Position numbers and translations under genes: made by a program
In this document: positions 17,346 through 25,300 of the stretch, piece by piece
Layout: each line of letters opens with the position of its first letter
Numbering within the stretch: position 1 is the first letter of the stretch
The notes under the pieces: generated by a model
What the model was told of the DNA's origin: nothing
The model's input: the letters and a program-made list of their open reading frames with translations, nothing else
The model's database searches: none
Source of the DNA: Candidatus Peregrinibacteria bacterium
GTDB taxonomy: Bacteria > Patescibacteriota > Gracilibacteria > UBA1369 > 2-02-FULL-48-14
Assembly (NCBI GenBank): GCA_018658105.1
Contig: JABHVW010000006.1
Location: 54,244-94,243, forward strand
Length of the DNA stretch: 40,000 nt
Direction of reading: 5' to 3'

Positions 17346-17812
17346 TCTTTTACGGGTTTAATTTTAAATGAAGACTTCACAAGTTTTATATGATTCTTAA
17401 CTTTTTTTGCAAGGTCTTTGTTTGTGAGTGAAAGTATTCTTAAAACAGCATGAGCTGCATTTTTCGGGTCTACCACTGCCATTGCAGGAGTTTCACTTGG
17501 CATTTGAAGAGTCGAATGAATGTTCGTGAGGTAGTCTGATTTGTCTTTAAATGGTGGGCAGGCTACTACTGGTAGGTGCGTATTTGCAGATACCAAGCCG
17601 CTAAGTGCGTTTGAACGACCTGCGATTGTAACGTAGACCACTCTTTCTTTTTTCTCGTTAAACTTCTCAATGATTTCAAGAGTTTTTGTTGGTACTTTGT
17701 GAGCAGATGCGACGTATATTTCGCTTTTTACGCCGAAATCGTCTAATACTTCTTGAATTTTTTTTGCGTGCTCTAGGTCAATTTTAGAGCCGAGAATAAA
17801 TGGGACTATCAT
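17342..17812 (-). CDS. purE: PurE, class II type (AIR carboxylase-like)
   Basis: 156 aa. SAHKVP (class I has SAHRTP) and AGRSNALSGLVSANTHLPVVACPP closely parallel the human PAICS class II segment SAHKGP ... [24 protein letters not shown]. Class I instead has GGAAHLPGM. Confidence 0.85.
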   Translation of the reverse strand: MIVPFILGSKIDLEHAKKIQEVLDDFGVKSEIYVASAHKVPTKTLEIIEKFNEKKERVVYVTIAGRSNALSGLVSANTHLPVVACPPFKDKSDYLTNIHSTLQMPSETPAMAVVDPKNAAHAVLRILSLTNKDLAKKVKNHIKLVKSSFKIKPVKE

Positions 17813-18780
17813 AGGTAATATGGTGTTAAATTCTTTTCGATACGTGCATGGGTATCACCGACTTCTGCCACGAATGGTTGGCCAGTAATTAGCTCGAATG
17901 CTTGCATGTATTTTTCTGCTGTTTTGACTAACATTTCTTCTGGTACTTCTGGCACCACTCCTTCGCCACGGTAGCCTTGCTCTTCAGCCAACCAAATTCT
18001 CAAGAATTCTTTGTTGATGTTCTCTGGCTCTTCACCTGCAGCCATTCTTTCTTCGTATGTGTCTTTGATCCAGTAACGAGATGAGTCTGGAGTGTGAATT
18101 TCGTCGATCAACATTATTTCGCCGTTGGCATCTTTACCGAATTCATATTTTGTATCTACAAGGATTACGCCGTTTTTATCTGCTAATTCTTGACCTCTTG
18201 CGAATAGCTTTCGCGTGTAATCTGCTAATTTGTCCCATTCTTCTTGTGTGATGAGGCCGCGTTCTACAATTTCTTCTGGAGTCATGTTTTTGTCGTGATC
18301 GCCGTGGTCGCCCTTTGTTGTTGGAGTGAGAATCACTTCTGGGAGTTTTTGATTTTTCACAAGGCCATCTGGCAGTTCATTACCGCAAATGTTTCTAGAG
18401 CCATTTGAATAATTATACCAAGCTGAAGTTGTAGTTGTTCCCGTGATGTATGCGCGAATTACCATCTCGACTTTGAGTGGCTCGCATTCTTTACCGATGA
18501 TCACGCTTGGATCTGGGTATGATTCAACATAATTTGGGCAAATATCTTTTGTTTGTTCGAACCAAAATTTGGTCATCCCATTAAGGATTTCCCCTTTGAA
18601 TGGAACGAGCGCGATAATTCGGTCGAAGGCAGAAAGTCTATCTGTTGTGATTAATATTCGGCGATCGCCATTTGTGTAATTGTCTCGTACTTTTCCTTCG
18701 TAACGAGTTCCGAGGTTCGCAAAATTAGTGCCGGACAGAAGAAACTTTATCTGCTCAGCGATTGTTTTTGGATCAATCAT
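17809..18780 (-). CDS. purC: SAICAR synthetase (long ~320-aa form)
   Basis: 323 aa. YEGKVRD, TDRLSAFD and LVDTKYEFG ... IDEIHTPDSSRYW are PurC motifs. There is a 4-nt ATGA overlap with purE. Confidence 0.9.
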   Translation of the reverse strand: MIDPKTIAEQIKFLLSGTNFANLGTRYEGKVRDNYTNGDRRILITTDRLSAFDRIIALVPFKGEILNGMTKFWFEQTKDICPNYVESYPDPSVIIGKECEPLKVEMVIRAYITGTTTTSAWYNYSNGSRNICGNELPDGLVKNQKLPEVILTPTTKGDHGDHDKNMTPEEIVERGLITQEEWDKLADYTRKLFARGQELADKNGVILVDTKYEFGKDANGEIMLIDEIHTPDSSRYWIKDTYEERMAAGEEPENINKEFLRIWLAEEQGYRGEGVVPEVPEEMLVKTAEKYMQAFELITGQPFVAEVGDTHARIEKNLTPYYL

Positions 18781-18801
18781 TTATTGGGATTAAGTAGCCC
18801 T

Positions 18802-18830
18802 ATATTAAATGAACTATATTGACGTGGCAA
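18802..18830 (-). promoter_or_regulatory. sigma70-type promoter TTGCCA-17-TAATAT for purC-purE-purB-dcd
   Basis: On the minus strand: TTGCCA (18830-18825), a 17-nt spacer, TAATAT (18807-18802). The purC ATG lies 21 nt downstream. Confidence 0.5.
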
Positions 18831-18857
18831 GCTTAGGACTTGACCGTACTCTCAAGA

Positions 18858-19259
18858 TTATCTAAACATATCGTCTCCAAACATTCCCACTGGAGCATCT
18901 ATGATTAAAGTGTCATCTGAGTTAAAATCACTTTTTTCACATGAATATGTTAAGCCAGCTGGATAGGTAACATCTACACAGATATCGTCTGGATCAGATG
19001 TCTCCCTATCTACGACAATTAATTCAGAGTTATCAATATGCATAATCCATATTTGACCTGTAGTATTCTCTCCGCATAATTGAGTTTTAACATCATAATG
19101 CTTGTCATTTATTGCGCTTGCTCTTGTATCTGGATACCATGATCTTTTGCAATTTGTTACCGTTTTATCCTCGCTAATCACTCCATCACTCCATCCATCA
19201 CCTCCATTCATCTCTTCGTACTGTACTGCCCCAAGAGGTGGAGTTGGTAAATCAGGCAT
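18858..19259 (-). CDS. hypothetical Cys-containing acidic protein (no signal peptide of its own)
   Basis: 133-aa ORF with four Cys (TNCK, QLCG, DICV, YSCE). I recognise no family. Its frame stays open 29 codons upstream of the ATG, into the end of the preceding ORF. Confidence 0.45.
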   Translation of the reverse strand: MPDLPTPPLGAVQYEEMNGGDGWSDGVISEDKTVTNCKRSWYPDTRASAINDKHYDVKTQLCGENTTGQIWIMHIDNSELIVVDRETSDPDDICVDVTYPAGLTYSCEKSDFNSDDTLIIDAPVGMFGDDMFR

Positions 19260-19309
19260 ACTACCGTAGCCCTTTATTGCCGCTTCTATGTCACCAAAGG
19301 TCGCTTTCC

Positions 19310-19546
19310 TTACAAGAGCATTGGGGTATATGATTGTGAAGGTGTCTTAAGTTTACCTCCCTTCCGATTTGCTGGAGCCTCATCTGTAGATCCTGCTGAT
19401 CTAAGACGACTCGAGAGTTTAGTCGTTTCTCTGCCGATAGATGTGTCAATATCCCATATGTTATTAACTGCAAGAGCTCCAACACTTCCAACAGCTGCCA
19501 TTGCAGCTAAACCAAGTGCAGTCATTTTATTATTCTTCCTCTTCAT
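19310..19546 (-). CDS. hypothetical small protein with N-terminal signal/anchor helix
   Basis: 78 aa. MKRKNNKMTALGLAAMAAVGSVGALA is followed by a low-complexity tail. It may be the 5' part of a frameshifted gene continuing in 18858-19259. Confidence 0.4.
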   Translation of the reverse strand: MKRKNNKMTALGLAAMAAVGSVGALAVNNIWDIDTSIGRETTKLSSRLRSAGSTDEAPANRKGGKLKTPSQSYTPMLL

Positions 19547-19690
19547 CTTGAGTTATTTAAACTATAAGTAGCTAACTTAGCGCTATTTGCATATTTTGTC
19601 AAGCTCTGCGGAAGAATTTATCTTAGCGCTGAAAATACTTTGTCTTTAAACATATTCACATGTTAGCATGGCGACGAATAATAATAATTT

Positions 19691-20974
19691 ATGACCAGCG
19701 GAAATTTATCACTGATCTTAGGCGCTCAATGGGGCGATGAAGGCAAGGGTAAGCTGGTGGATATTTTAAGTGAGAGTTTTGATATTGTGGCGAGAGCGAC
19801 TGGGGGGGCGAATGCTGGCCACAGTGTTTATGTGAATATGGATGGTGAGACTAAGAAGTTTGTTTTCCACCTGATTCCAAGTGGTATTCTTTATGAACAT
19901 GTAATTTGTGTGATTGGGAATGGTGTGGTTTTACATGTTGAAACTATGCTGAAAGAACTTGCGAATCTTGAAGAGCAGAATTTTAATATTTCTGGACGTG
20001 TTTTGATTTCAGATAGAGCCGCTTTGCTTTTTGATTATCATAAAATTATTGATGGCACTCAAGAGGACAGAAAAGGTGATAAGAAAGTTGGAACGACGAA
20101 GAGAGGTATTGGCCCATGTTATGCTGACAAAATTAATCGCAGAGGCCTTCGAATGTGTGACCTGTTAAATTGGGATGCATTTGTAGAAAAATATCGTGCG
20201 AATCTTGCTTGGCATCAAAGCGTATACGACTTTGAGTATGATGCTGAGGCTGAGCTGGAAATTATGAAAAGTAATAGGGATAGGCTTTTAGAAATGATGG
20301 TTGATGGTGCTGCCTATTTGAATGGTGCGCTTGATGAAGGAAAAAAAGTTTTATTGGAAGGCGCGAATGCGTGTTTGCTAGATATTGATCATGGAACTTA
20401 CCCATATGTTACTTCTTCGAACCCAACGGTTGGTGGGGCTTTGACGGGTACTGGCATGAGTGCGAAGCATTTAGGTGAGAATATTGGAATTGTGAAAGCT
20501 TATATGACAAGAGTTGGTGCGGGGCCGTTCCCAACTGAACTTGATAATGAACTTGGTGAGCAAATTCGTGAGGCTGGTGGTGAATTTGGATCGACAACTG
20601 GGCGACCTCGTCGTTGCGGTTGGTTTGATGTGCCGCTTACTCGTTACTCAATTATGCTGAATGGATTTACTAATTTGAACTTAACAAAGCTTGATGTGCT
20701 TGATGAACTAGATGAAATTCAGATTGCAACTTCTTATAAATTGAATGGGGAAAAGATTGATCGCTTTCCGGCTTTACTTGAAGAACTTGGCCAAGTTGAG
20801 ATTGAATGGGAAACTATGCCGGGCTGGAATCAATCTTTGAAAGATGTGACTAGCTGGGATGATTTGCCTGAGAATGCGAAGAAATACGTGCTCCGTCTTG
20901 AAGAGTTACTTGGCTGTCCGATGAAATATATTGGTGTGGGTCAAAGGCGTGACCAGTTGATTACACGCGCCTAA
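19691..20974 (+). CDS. purA: adenylosuccinate synthetase
   Basis: 427 aa. GAQWGDEGKGK (P-loop), GTTKRGIGP and GGEFGSTTGRPRRCGW are PurA signatures. Confidence 0.95.
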   Translation: MTSGNLSLILGAQWGDEGKGKLVDILSESFDIVARATGGANAGHSVYVNMDGETKKFVFHLIPSGILYEHVICVIGNGVVLHVETMLKELANLEEQNFNISGRVLISDRAALLFDYHKIIDGTQEDRKGDKKVGTTKRGIGPCYADKINRRGLRMCDLLNWDAFVEKYRANLAWHQSVYDFEYDAEAELEIMKSNRDRLLEMMVDGAAYLNGALDEGKKVLLEGANACLLDIDHGTYPYVTSSNPTVGGALTGTGMSAKHLGENIGIVKAYMTRVGAGPFPTELDNELGEQIREAGGEFGSTTGRPRRCGWFDVPLTRYSIMLNGFTNLNLTKLDVLDELDEIQIATSYKLNGEKIDRFPALLEELGQVEIEWETMPGWNQSLKDVTSWDDLPENAKKYVLRLEELLGCPMKYIGVGQRRDQLITRA

Positions 20975-21218
20975 ACTTTTTTTTATCTGCTTTGAATTCT
21001 GCCTTTAATGTAGGGATTGCTTTTACGAAATACTCTTTCATTAGTGCATTTAACTGCTTGTCTCTGTGCTTATCTACGAGTTTCAGCATATCTCTGAAGG
21101 CTTGTTCCTCTGGCCTTGCTGCGATTGCCTCATATGTTGCACGCATAGCATCGTCTAGCTTGCCTTGCTTTATGAAGGTTTTAATTTCGTTTTTTATAGT
21201 TTTTGTTTCTGTTTTCAT
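20961..21218 (-). CDS. hypothetical small helical, lysine-rich protein
   Basis: 85-aa ORF with coding-like composition and no recognisable family. Its 3' end overlaps purA by 14 nt. Confidence 0.45.
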   Translation of the reverse strand: MKTETKTIKNEIKTFIKQGKLDDAMRATYEAIAARPEEQAFRDMLKLVDKHRDKQLNALMKEYFVKAIPTLKAEFKADKKKFRRV

Positions 21219-21296
21219 CTTATTATTATAGCATAAAATAGGTATTTTCTGAAGTGCAGTGGCGTGTTATTCTTTGCATAATTAACCTCCCCCAAA

Positions 21297-21602
21297 ATGC
21301 ATCTACAAAATAGCTTTCTGACCTTCTTGGTTATTGGTTTTGTTTTAGGATTTTTAACCAGTAGTTACTTCTTTAATGATGTAAGCACAGATGAGTTGAG
21401 TGGCAATTTACGGGGTATTTCAGCTGACTACAGCCAAACTGAATTTTTAAACTATTTACGTGCAGATGAAGATGAAGATGGATTGACCAATCATTTTGAG
21501 CTTATGGTTTCAAAAACAAGCCCAGTTAATGCTGATTCAGATGGTGATGGAATTAGTGACTCAGAGGAACTTAGCCTTGGAACAGATCCGAACACTAAAT
21601 AA
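21297..21602 (+). CDS. small membrane-anchored protein with TSP3/calcium-binding-type Asp repeats
   Basis: 101 aa. It has an N-terminal TM helix (FLTFLVIGFVLGFLTSSYFF), then DEDEDGLTNHFE and DSDGDGISDSEELSLGTDPN (DxDxDG-type motifs). Its stop directly abuts the valS stop. Confidence 0.55.
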   Translation: MHLQNSFLTFLVIGFVLGFLTSSYFFNDVSTDELSGNLRGISADYSQTEFLNYLRADEDEDGLTNHFELMVSKTSPVNADSDGDGISDSEELSLGTDPNTK

Positions 21603-24242
21603 TTATTCGCCCAATTCTTGAATTTGCTTGCTGAGTTTTTCTAGTTTTGCTGCTGCTTCGTCGAGCTTCTTTTGTTCAGCTGCAACCACTTGTTCTGGCG
21701 CGTTCTTTGTAAATGAGTCGTTTGAAAGTTTTCTTGAAAGTGTTTCAAGGTAATTTTCGATATTTTTTATTTCTTTATCTAAGCGAGCTTTTTCTGCATC
21801 CATATCTAGAAGGTCTGCAAGCGGTAAATATATTTCAACATCTCCAACAAAGCCGCTCAAAGCTTTTGCAACTTTATCACCAGTTTCTGAAATTTCTAAT
21901 TCGCCGAGATTTGCAAGACGCTTAATGATGTCAGCTTTATCGCTTACTAATTGAAGGTCTTCGTGTGCATAAATAATTGCATGAATCTTTTTGCCCGCAT
22001 CTACATTTGACTCTGCTCTTAATTTTCTTATCGCCCTGATCAAATCCATAATTCTGGACATTTCGTCGCTTTCAGATGGGAAATTCCATTCTGGGTTTAC
22101 TTCTGGCCAATCACTAGCAATTAGCATTTTTTCATCAACAAGTTTTTCTGACTGTAGTTCTTTCCAAATTGCCTCTGTTACGAATGGCATAAATGGATGC
22201 ATTAATTTGAGTGATGTTTTCAGAACCTGTTTTAGGACTGCTGGGTTCTTGCTAACTTTGCTGATTTCCAGGTACCAATCGCAATATTCGCCCCAGAAAA
22301 AGTTATAAATTTCTAAGCCGGCTTCAGACAGCTTATATTCTTCAAGGTTTTTTGTTACTGCTTCAGTGATTTCGTTTAGACGGGAAAGTACCCATTTGTC
22401 TGACCTTGAAAGTTCAGATTCAACAATTTCTGATTCGCCATCAAGGTTCATAATTACAAAGCGAGCACCGTTCCATATTTTGTTTACAAAATTCCTGTAA
22501 CCTCCAATTTTTTCTTCGTAAAGACGCATGTCGTTTCCTGGCGTTCCACCTATTACGAGGCTGAGCCTAACTGCATCTGTGCCGTAACTTTTAATCATGT
22601 CGAGAGGGTCGATACATGTTTCTGGCCTTGATTTGCTCATTTTTTTACCGTGTATGTCGCGGATCAAACCGTGCAAATATACATCTTTAAATGGGATGCT
22701 TTTTTCTTCGGGAAAGCCAGATTTGCGAAGTGCATATGTGCTTTGAATAATCATGCGAGCTACCCAGAAAAATAGGATGTCGTAGCCAGTTTCAAGCACA
22801 TTGCTTGGCGTGAATTTTTCGAGCTCTTCTGTTTTTTCTGGCCAACCAAGTGTTGAGAAAGTCCATAGGCCTGAACTAAACCAAGTGTCTAGAGTGTCTT
22901 CGTCTTGCTTCCAGCCCTCACCCGGTGAAACCTCATTAACCTGAATTTCATCGCCTTTGTACCACACTGGAATTCTGTGACCCCAAACGATTTGGCGTGA
23001 AATACACCAATCGCGCAGGTTATCAATCCAGTGGAAATAAATTTTCTCGAAACGCTGCGGAATAATTCTGATCATTTTTGTATTCACTACATCTTGTAGA
23101 ACTTCCTTGATGCTCATTTTTTTACCCTTCCAGTCCATCACCTGTTTATTCACGTCAACAAACCATTGCTCCATAACTTGAGGCTCAACTACACCTTTAC
23201 CGCGATAATTCACGGATACATTGTGAAGGTAATCTTCGTCGATTTTCACGAGCAAGCCTTTCTCATCGAGAATTTCTACTACTTTTTTTCTTGCCTCTTT
23301 TGTCGTCATTCCAGCACAAGATTTGGACCATTCAGCTTTAATCTTGCCTTCGAGATCAATAATTTGTGGTGATTCAAGATCGTATTTTTGAGCAAGTTCG
23401 AAATCAACTTGGCTGTGAGCCGGTGTGATTGTCATTGCACCTGTTCCGAGTTCCATATCTATACATTCGTCTGCGATAACTTTTGCTTTGATTGGACCTT
23501 CGATCCATTCGAGCTCGAATTCTTTGCCGATAAACTCTTTGTAACGTTTGTCTTCAGGATGGACCACGATTATTTTGTCGCCGAATTTCGTTTCTGGCCT
23601 AGCAGTTCCAATAACTACAGGGCCATATTGGAAATAATAAAATTTGGATTTTTCTTCAACGTACTCTAGCTCGTCATCTGAAACGGTGGTTTGCATTTTG
23701 GGGTCCCAATTTACAATACGGCCACCACGATAAATGAGGCCGTCTTCGTACATCATTTTGAAAATCGTATTCACCGCATGATTTAGGTCATCGCTAAAAG
23801 TATATTTTTCGCGTGACCAATCACAACTTGTACCCATTTTTCTAACCTGCATTCGAATTGTCTTTTTGCTGTCTTCAACAAATTCTTTGATTTTATCTAA
23901 AAAAGCTTCTCGCCCGAGTTCTTCAAGAGGATTTTTCATTCCGCCATCTTGTAGACGTTTTTCAACTACACTTTGAGTTGCAATCGCTGCGTGATCTGTA
24001 CCGGGCAAATATAGGGTCGGATGCCCCTGCATTCGCTTGAAACGCGCAAGAATATCCTCGATTGCGAGCATGGTTGCATGCCCCAGATGAAGCTGCCCCG
24101 TTGCATTTGGAGGTGGCATCATGATGGAATATGGCTCTTTCGTTTTTGAAAAATCAGGCGCAAAAATGCCGGACTCTTCCCACATTTGGTAAATCGAATC
24201 TTCGTGATCTCCGGCGCTGTAAGCCTTATTCATGTCAGTCAT
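21603..24242 (-). CDS. valS: valyl-tRNA synthetase
   Basis: The track ORF is 932 aa from 24401. I place the start at ATG 24242 (MTDMNKAYSAGDHEDSIYQMWEE..., 879 aa). A consensus promoter sits at 24252-24280, and the upstream 53 codons look non-coding. It has HIGH-type PPPNATGQLHLGH, KMSKS-type KMSKS and a C-terminal coiled coil. Confidence 0.92.
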   Translation of the reverse strand: MTDMNKAYSAGDHEDSIYQMWEESGIFAPDFSKTKEPYSIMMPPPNATGQLHLGHATMLAIEDILARFKRMQGHPTLYLPGTDHAAIATQSVVEKRLQDGGMKNPLEELGREAFLDKIKEFVEDSKKTIRMQVRKMGTSCDWSREKYTFSDDLNHAVNTIFKMMYEDGLIYRGGRIVNWDPKMQTTVSDDELEYVEEKSKFYYFQYGPVVIGTARPETKFGDKIIVVHPEDKRYKEFIGKEFELEWIEGPIKAKVIADECIDMELGTGAMTITPAHSQVDFELAQKYDLESPQIIDLEGKIKAEWSKSCAGMTTKEARKKVVEILDEKGLLVKIDEDYLHNVSVNYRGKGVVEPQVMEQWFVDVNKQVMDWKGKKMSIKEVLQDVVNTKMIRIIPQRFEKIYFHWIDNLRDWCISRQIVWGHRIPVWYKGDEIQVNEVSPGEGWKQDEDTLDTWFSSGLWTFSTLGWPEKTEELEKFTPSNVLETGYDILFFWVARMIIQSTYALRKSGFPEEKSIPFKDVYLHGLIRDIHGKKMSKSRPETCIDPLDMIKSYGTDAVRLSLVIGGTPGNDMRLYEEKIGGYRNFVNKIWNGARFVIMNLDGESEIVESELSRSDKWVLSRLNEITEAVTKNLEEYKLSEAGLEIYNFFWGEYCDWYLEISKVSKNPAVLKQVLKTSLKLMHPFMPFVTEAIWKELQSEKLVDEKMLIASDWPEVNPEWNFPSESDEMSRIMDLIRAIRKLRAESNVDAGKKIHAIIYAHEDLQLVSDKADIIKRLANLGELEISETGDKVAKALSGFVGDVEIYLPLADLLDMDAEKARLDKEIKNIENYLETLSRKLSNDSFTKNAPEQVVAAEQKKLDEAAAKLEKLSKQIQELGE

Positions 24243-24251
24243 AGTGCGAGT

Positions 24252-24280
24252 ATTATAGCTAGAAGATGCTGCCTCTACAA
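24252..24280 (-). promoter_or_regulatory. sigma70-type promoter of valS (TTGTAG-17-TATAAT), with the -10 box 9 nt from the ATG
   Basis: On the minus strand: TTGTAG (24280-24275), a 17-nt spacer, TATAAT (24257-24252), ACTCGCACT, then ATG (24242). Confidence 0.6.
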
Positions 24281-24293
24281 GCGCTTCTGCAGA

Positions 24294-24322
24294 TTGACGT
24301 CGGAACAGGTTTGATTTATAAT
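24294..24322 (+). promoter_or_regulatory. sigma70-type promoter TTGACG-17-TATAAT (divergent from the valS promoter)
   Basis: TTGACG at 24294-24299, a 17-nt spacer, TATAAT at 24317-24322. The first ATG (24327) is only 4 nt downstream, so the ATG at 24345 is the more likely start. Confidence 0.6.
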
Positions 24323-24344
24323 TAATATGTATACATTTTTTGAT

Positions 24345-24821
24345 ATGCACAATAAAACTGAGAATATTCCCGCCGCTGATGCAGCTCAAACTGCACCACA
24401 AAATCTTGATTCGAATGAAGCTCCTTTAGATGTGGCTGCTGGGATGGAGAAGGTTAAAGAAATTGCGAAAGATAAAGCTAGTCAAAATATGACTGGTGCT
24501 AAGGGTGATGATGACAAAAAGCAAACTCAGCATAAACAGGATGATGGTTTAGCTGATGACAGAGAGATGATGAAGGAAAGACTTTTGAAGACGGCTCCAC
24601 CTGAATCAGCGATGAAAAAACAGATCGAAGAGGTTTTATTGAAACGCAAAGATAAACTTGAATATGCCGTTAAGAAGCATAAAAAGCGTAGAAATTATCA
24701 TGCACTAAGTTTGGCGGTGATGCAGTTGCGCATTGTGGTTCATCAACTTGAAGAGCTTGCAAAAGCTAGTTATGAAAAAGCTCAAGAATTGTGGCTGAAG
24801 TTTGTACACAAATTTGCATAG
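24345..24821 (+). CDS. hypothetical protein (disordered acidic/Lys-rich N-terminus, helical C-terminus)
   Basis: The ORF is open from 24327. The start is placed at the second ATG (MHNKTEN...) because of promoter geometry. I recognise no family. Confidence 0.5.
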   Translation: MHNKTENIPAADAAQTAPQNLDSNEAPLDVAAGMEKVKEIAKDKASQNMTGAKGDDDKKQTQHKQDDGLADDREMMKERLLKTAPPESAMKKQIEEVLLKRKDKLEYAVKKHKKRRNYHALSLAVMQLRIVVHQLEELAKASYEKAQELWLKFVHKFA

Positions 24822-24853
24822 TTCTTTTGTTATTTATTTTGGCACACAGGAGC

Positions 24854-24885
24854 ATATTTAAAAAGCTCATGAGCTTTTTAAATAT
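24854..24885. terminator. perfect 32-nt palindrome between convergent genes (probable bidirectional terminator)
   Basis: ATATTTAAAAAGCTCATGAGCTTTTTAAATAT is a perfect inverted repeat. It is flanked by a second layer, TTTTGGCACAC (24837-24847) ... GTGTGCAAAA (24901-24910). Confidence 0.5.
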
Positions 24886-24961
24886 TTCCTTGAGTTGTTA
24901 GTGTGCAAAATAAACAACAAATGAACTAAGATAAAAGTTGTTTGTGACTTTTGATAATTTT

Positions 24962-25294
24962 CTATTTAGAGTTTTCTGGCCAGCCCATCATGTGCAAGTG
25001 AAGGTGGAATATTTCTTGGCCGCCCTTTTTGCCTACGTTGTAAACTAAACGGTAGCCTTCGCAGTTGAATTTTGCAGCTAGGTCTTTTGCAACGAATGTT
25101 AAGTGAGCCATTAGCTCGGCGTCTTCTTTTTCTAAGTCTTTTATTGATGGAATTGGTTTTCTTGGTATCACCAAAAGGTGCACAGGTGCTTTTGGGTATA
25201 AATCTTTAATTGCGATGCAAAGTTCGTCTTCGTGCACGAAATCGGCAGGAAGTTCTTTATCTATAATCCTTTGAAACAGAGTTTTTTGTGACAT
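24962..25294 (-). CDS. HIT-family (HinT-like) nucleotide hydrolase
   Basis: 110 aa with the histidine triad HLHLHMMG near the C-terminus. The N-terminal FQRIIDKELPADFVHEDE is typical of HinT. Confidence 0.9.
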   Translation of the reverse strand: MSQKTLFQRIIDKELPADFVHEDELCIAIKDLYPKAPVHLLVIPRKPIPSIKDLEKEDAELMAHLTFVAKDLAAKFNCEGYRLVYNVGKKGGQEIFHLHLHMMGWPENSK

Positions 25295-25300
25295 CGCCTA

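Noticed and set aside
24243-24401. 53-codon N-terminal extension of valS. Likewise the TTG-start extension of aspS at 31328 and the 26649 start of the small membrane protein.
   Set aside because: The valS extension overlaps two consensus promoters and the divergent gene. The aspS extension overlaps a terminator hairpin, whereas MYRSHNCGQL matches the usual AspRS N-terminus. The 26649 start lies inside the tRNA-Leu gene.
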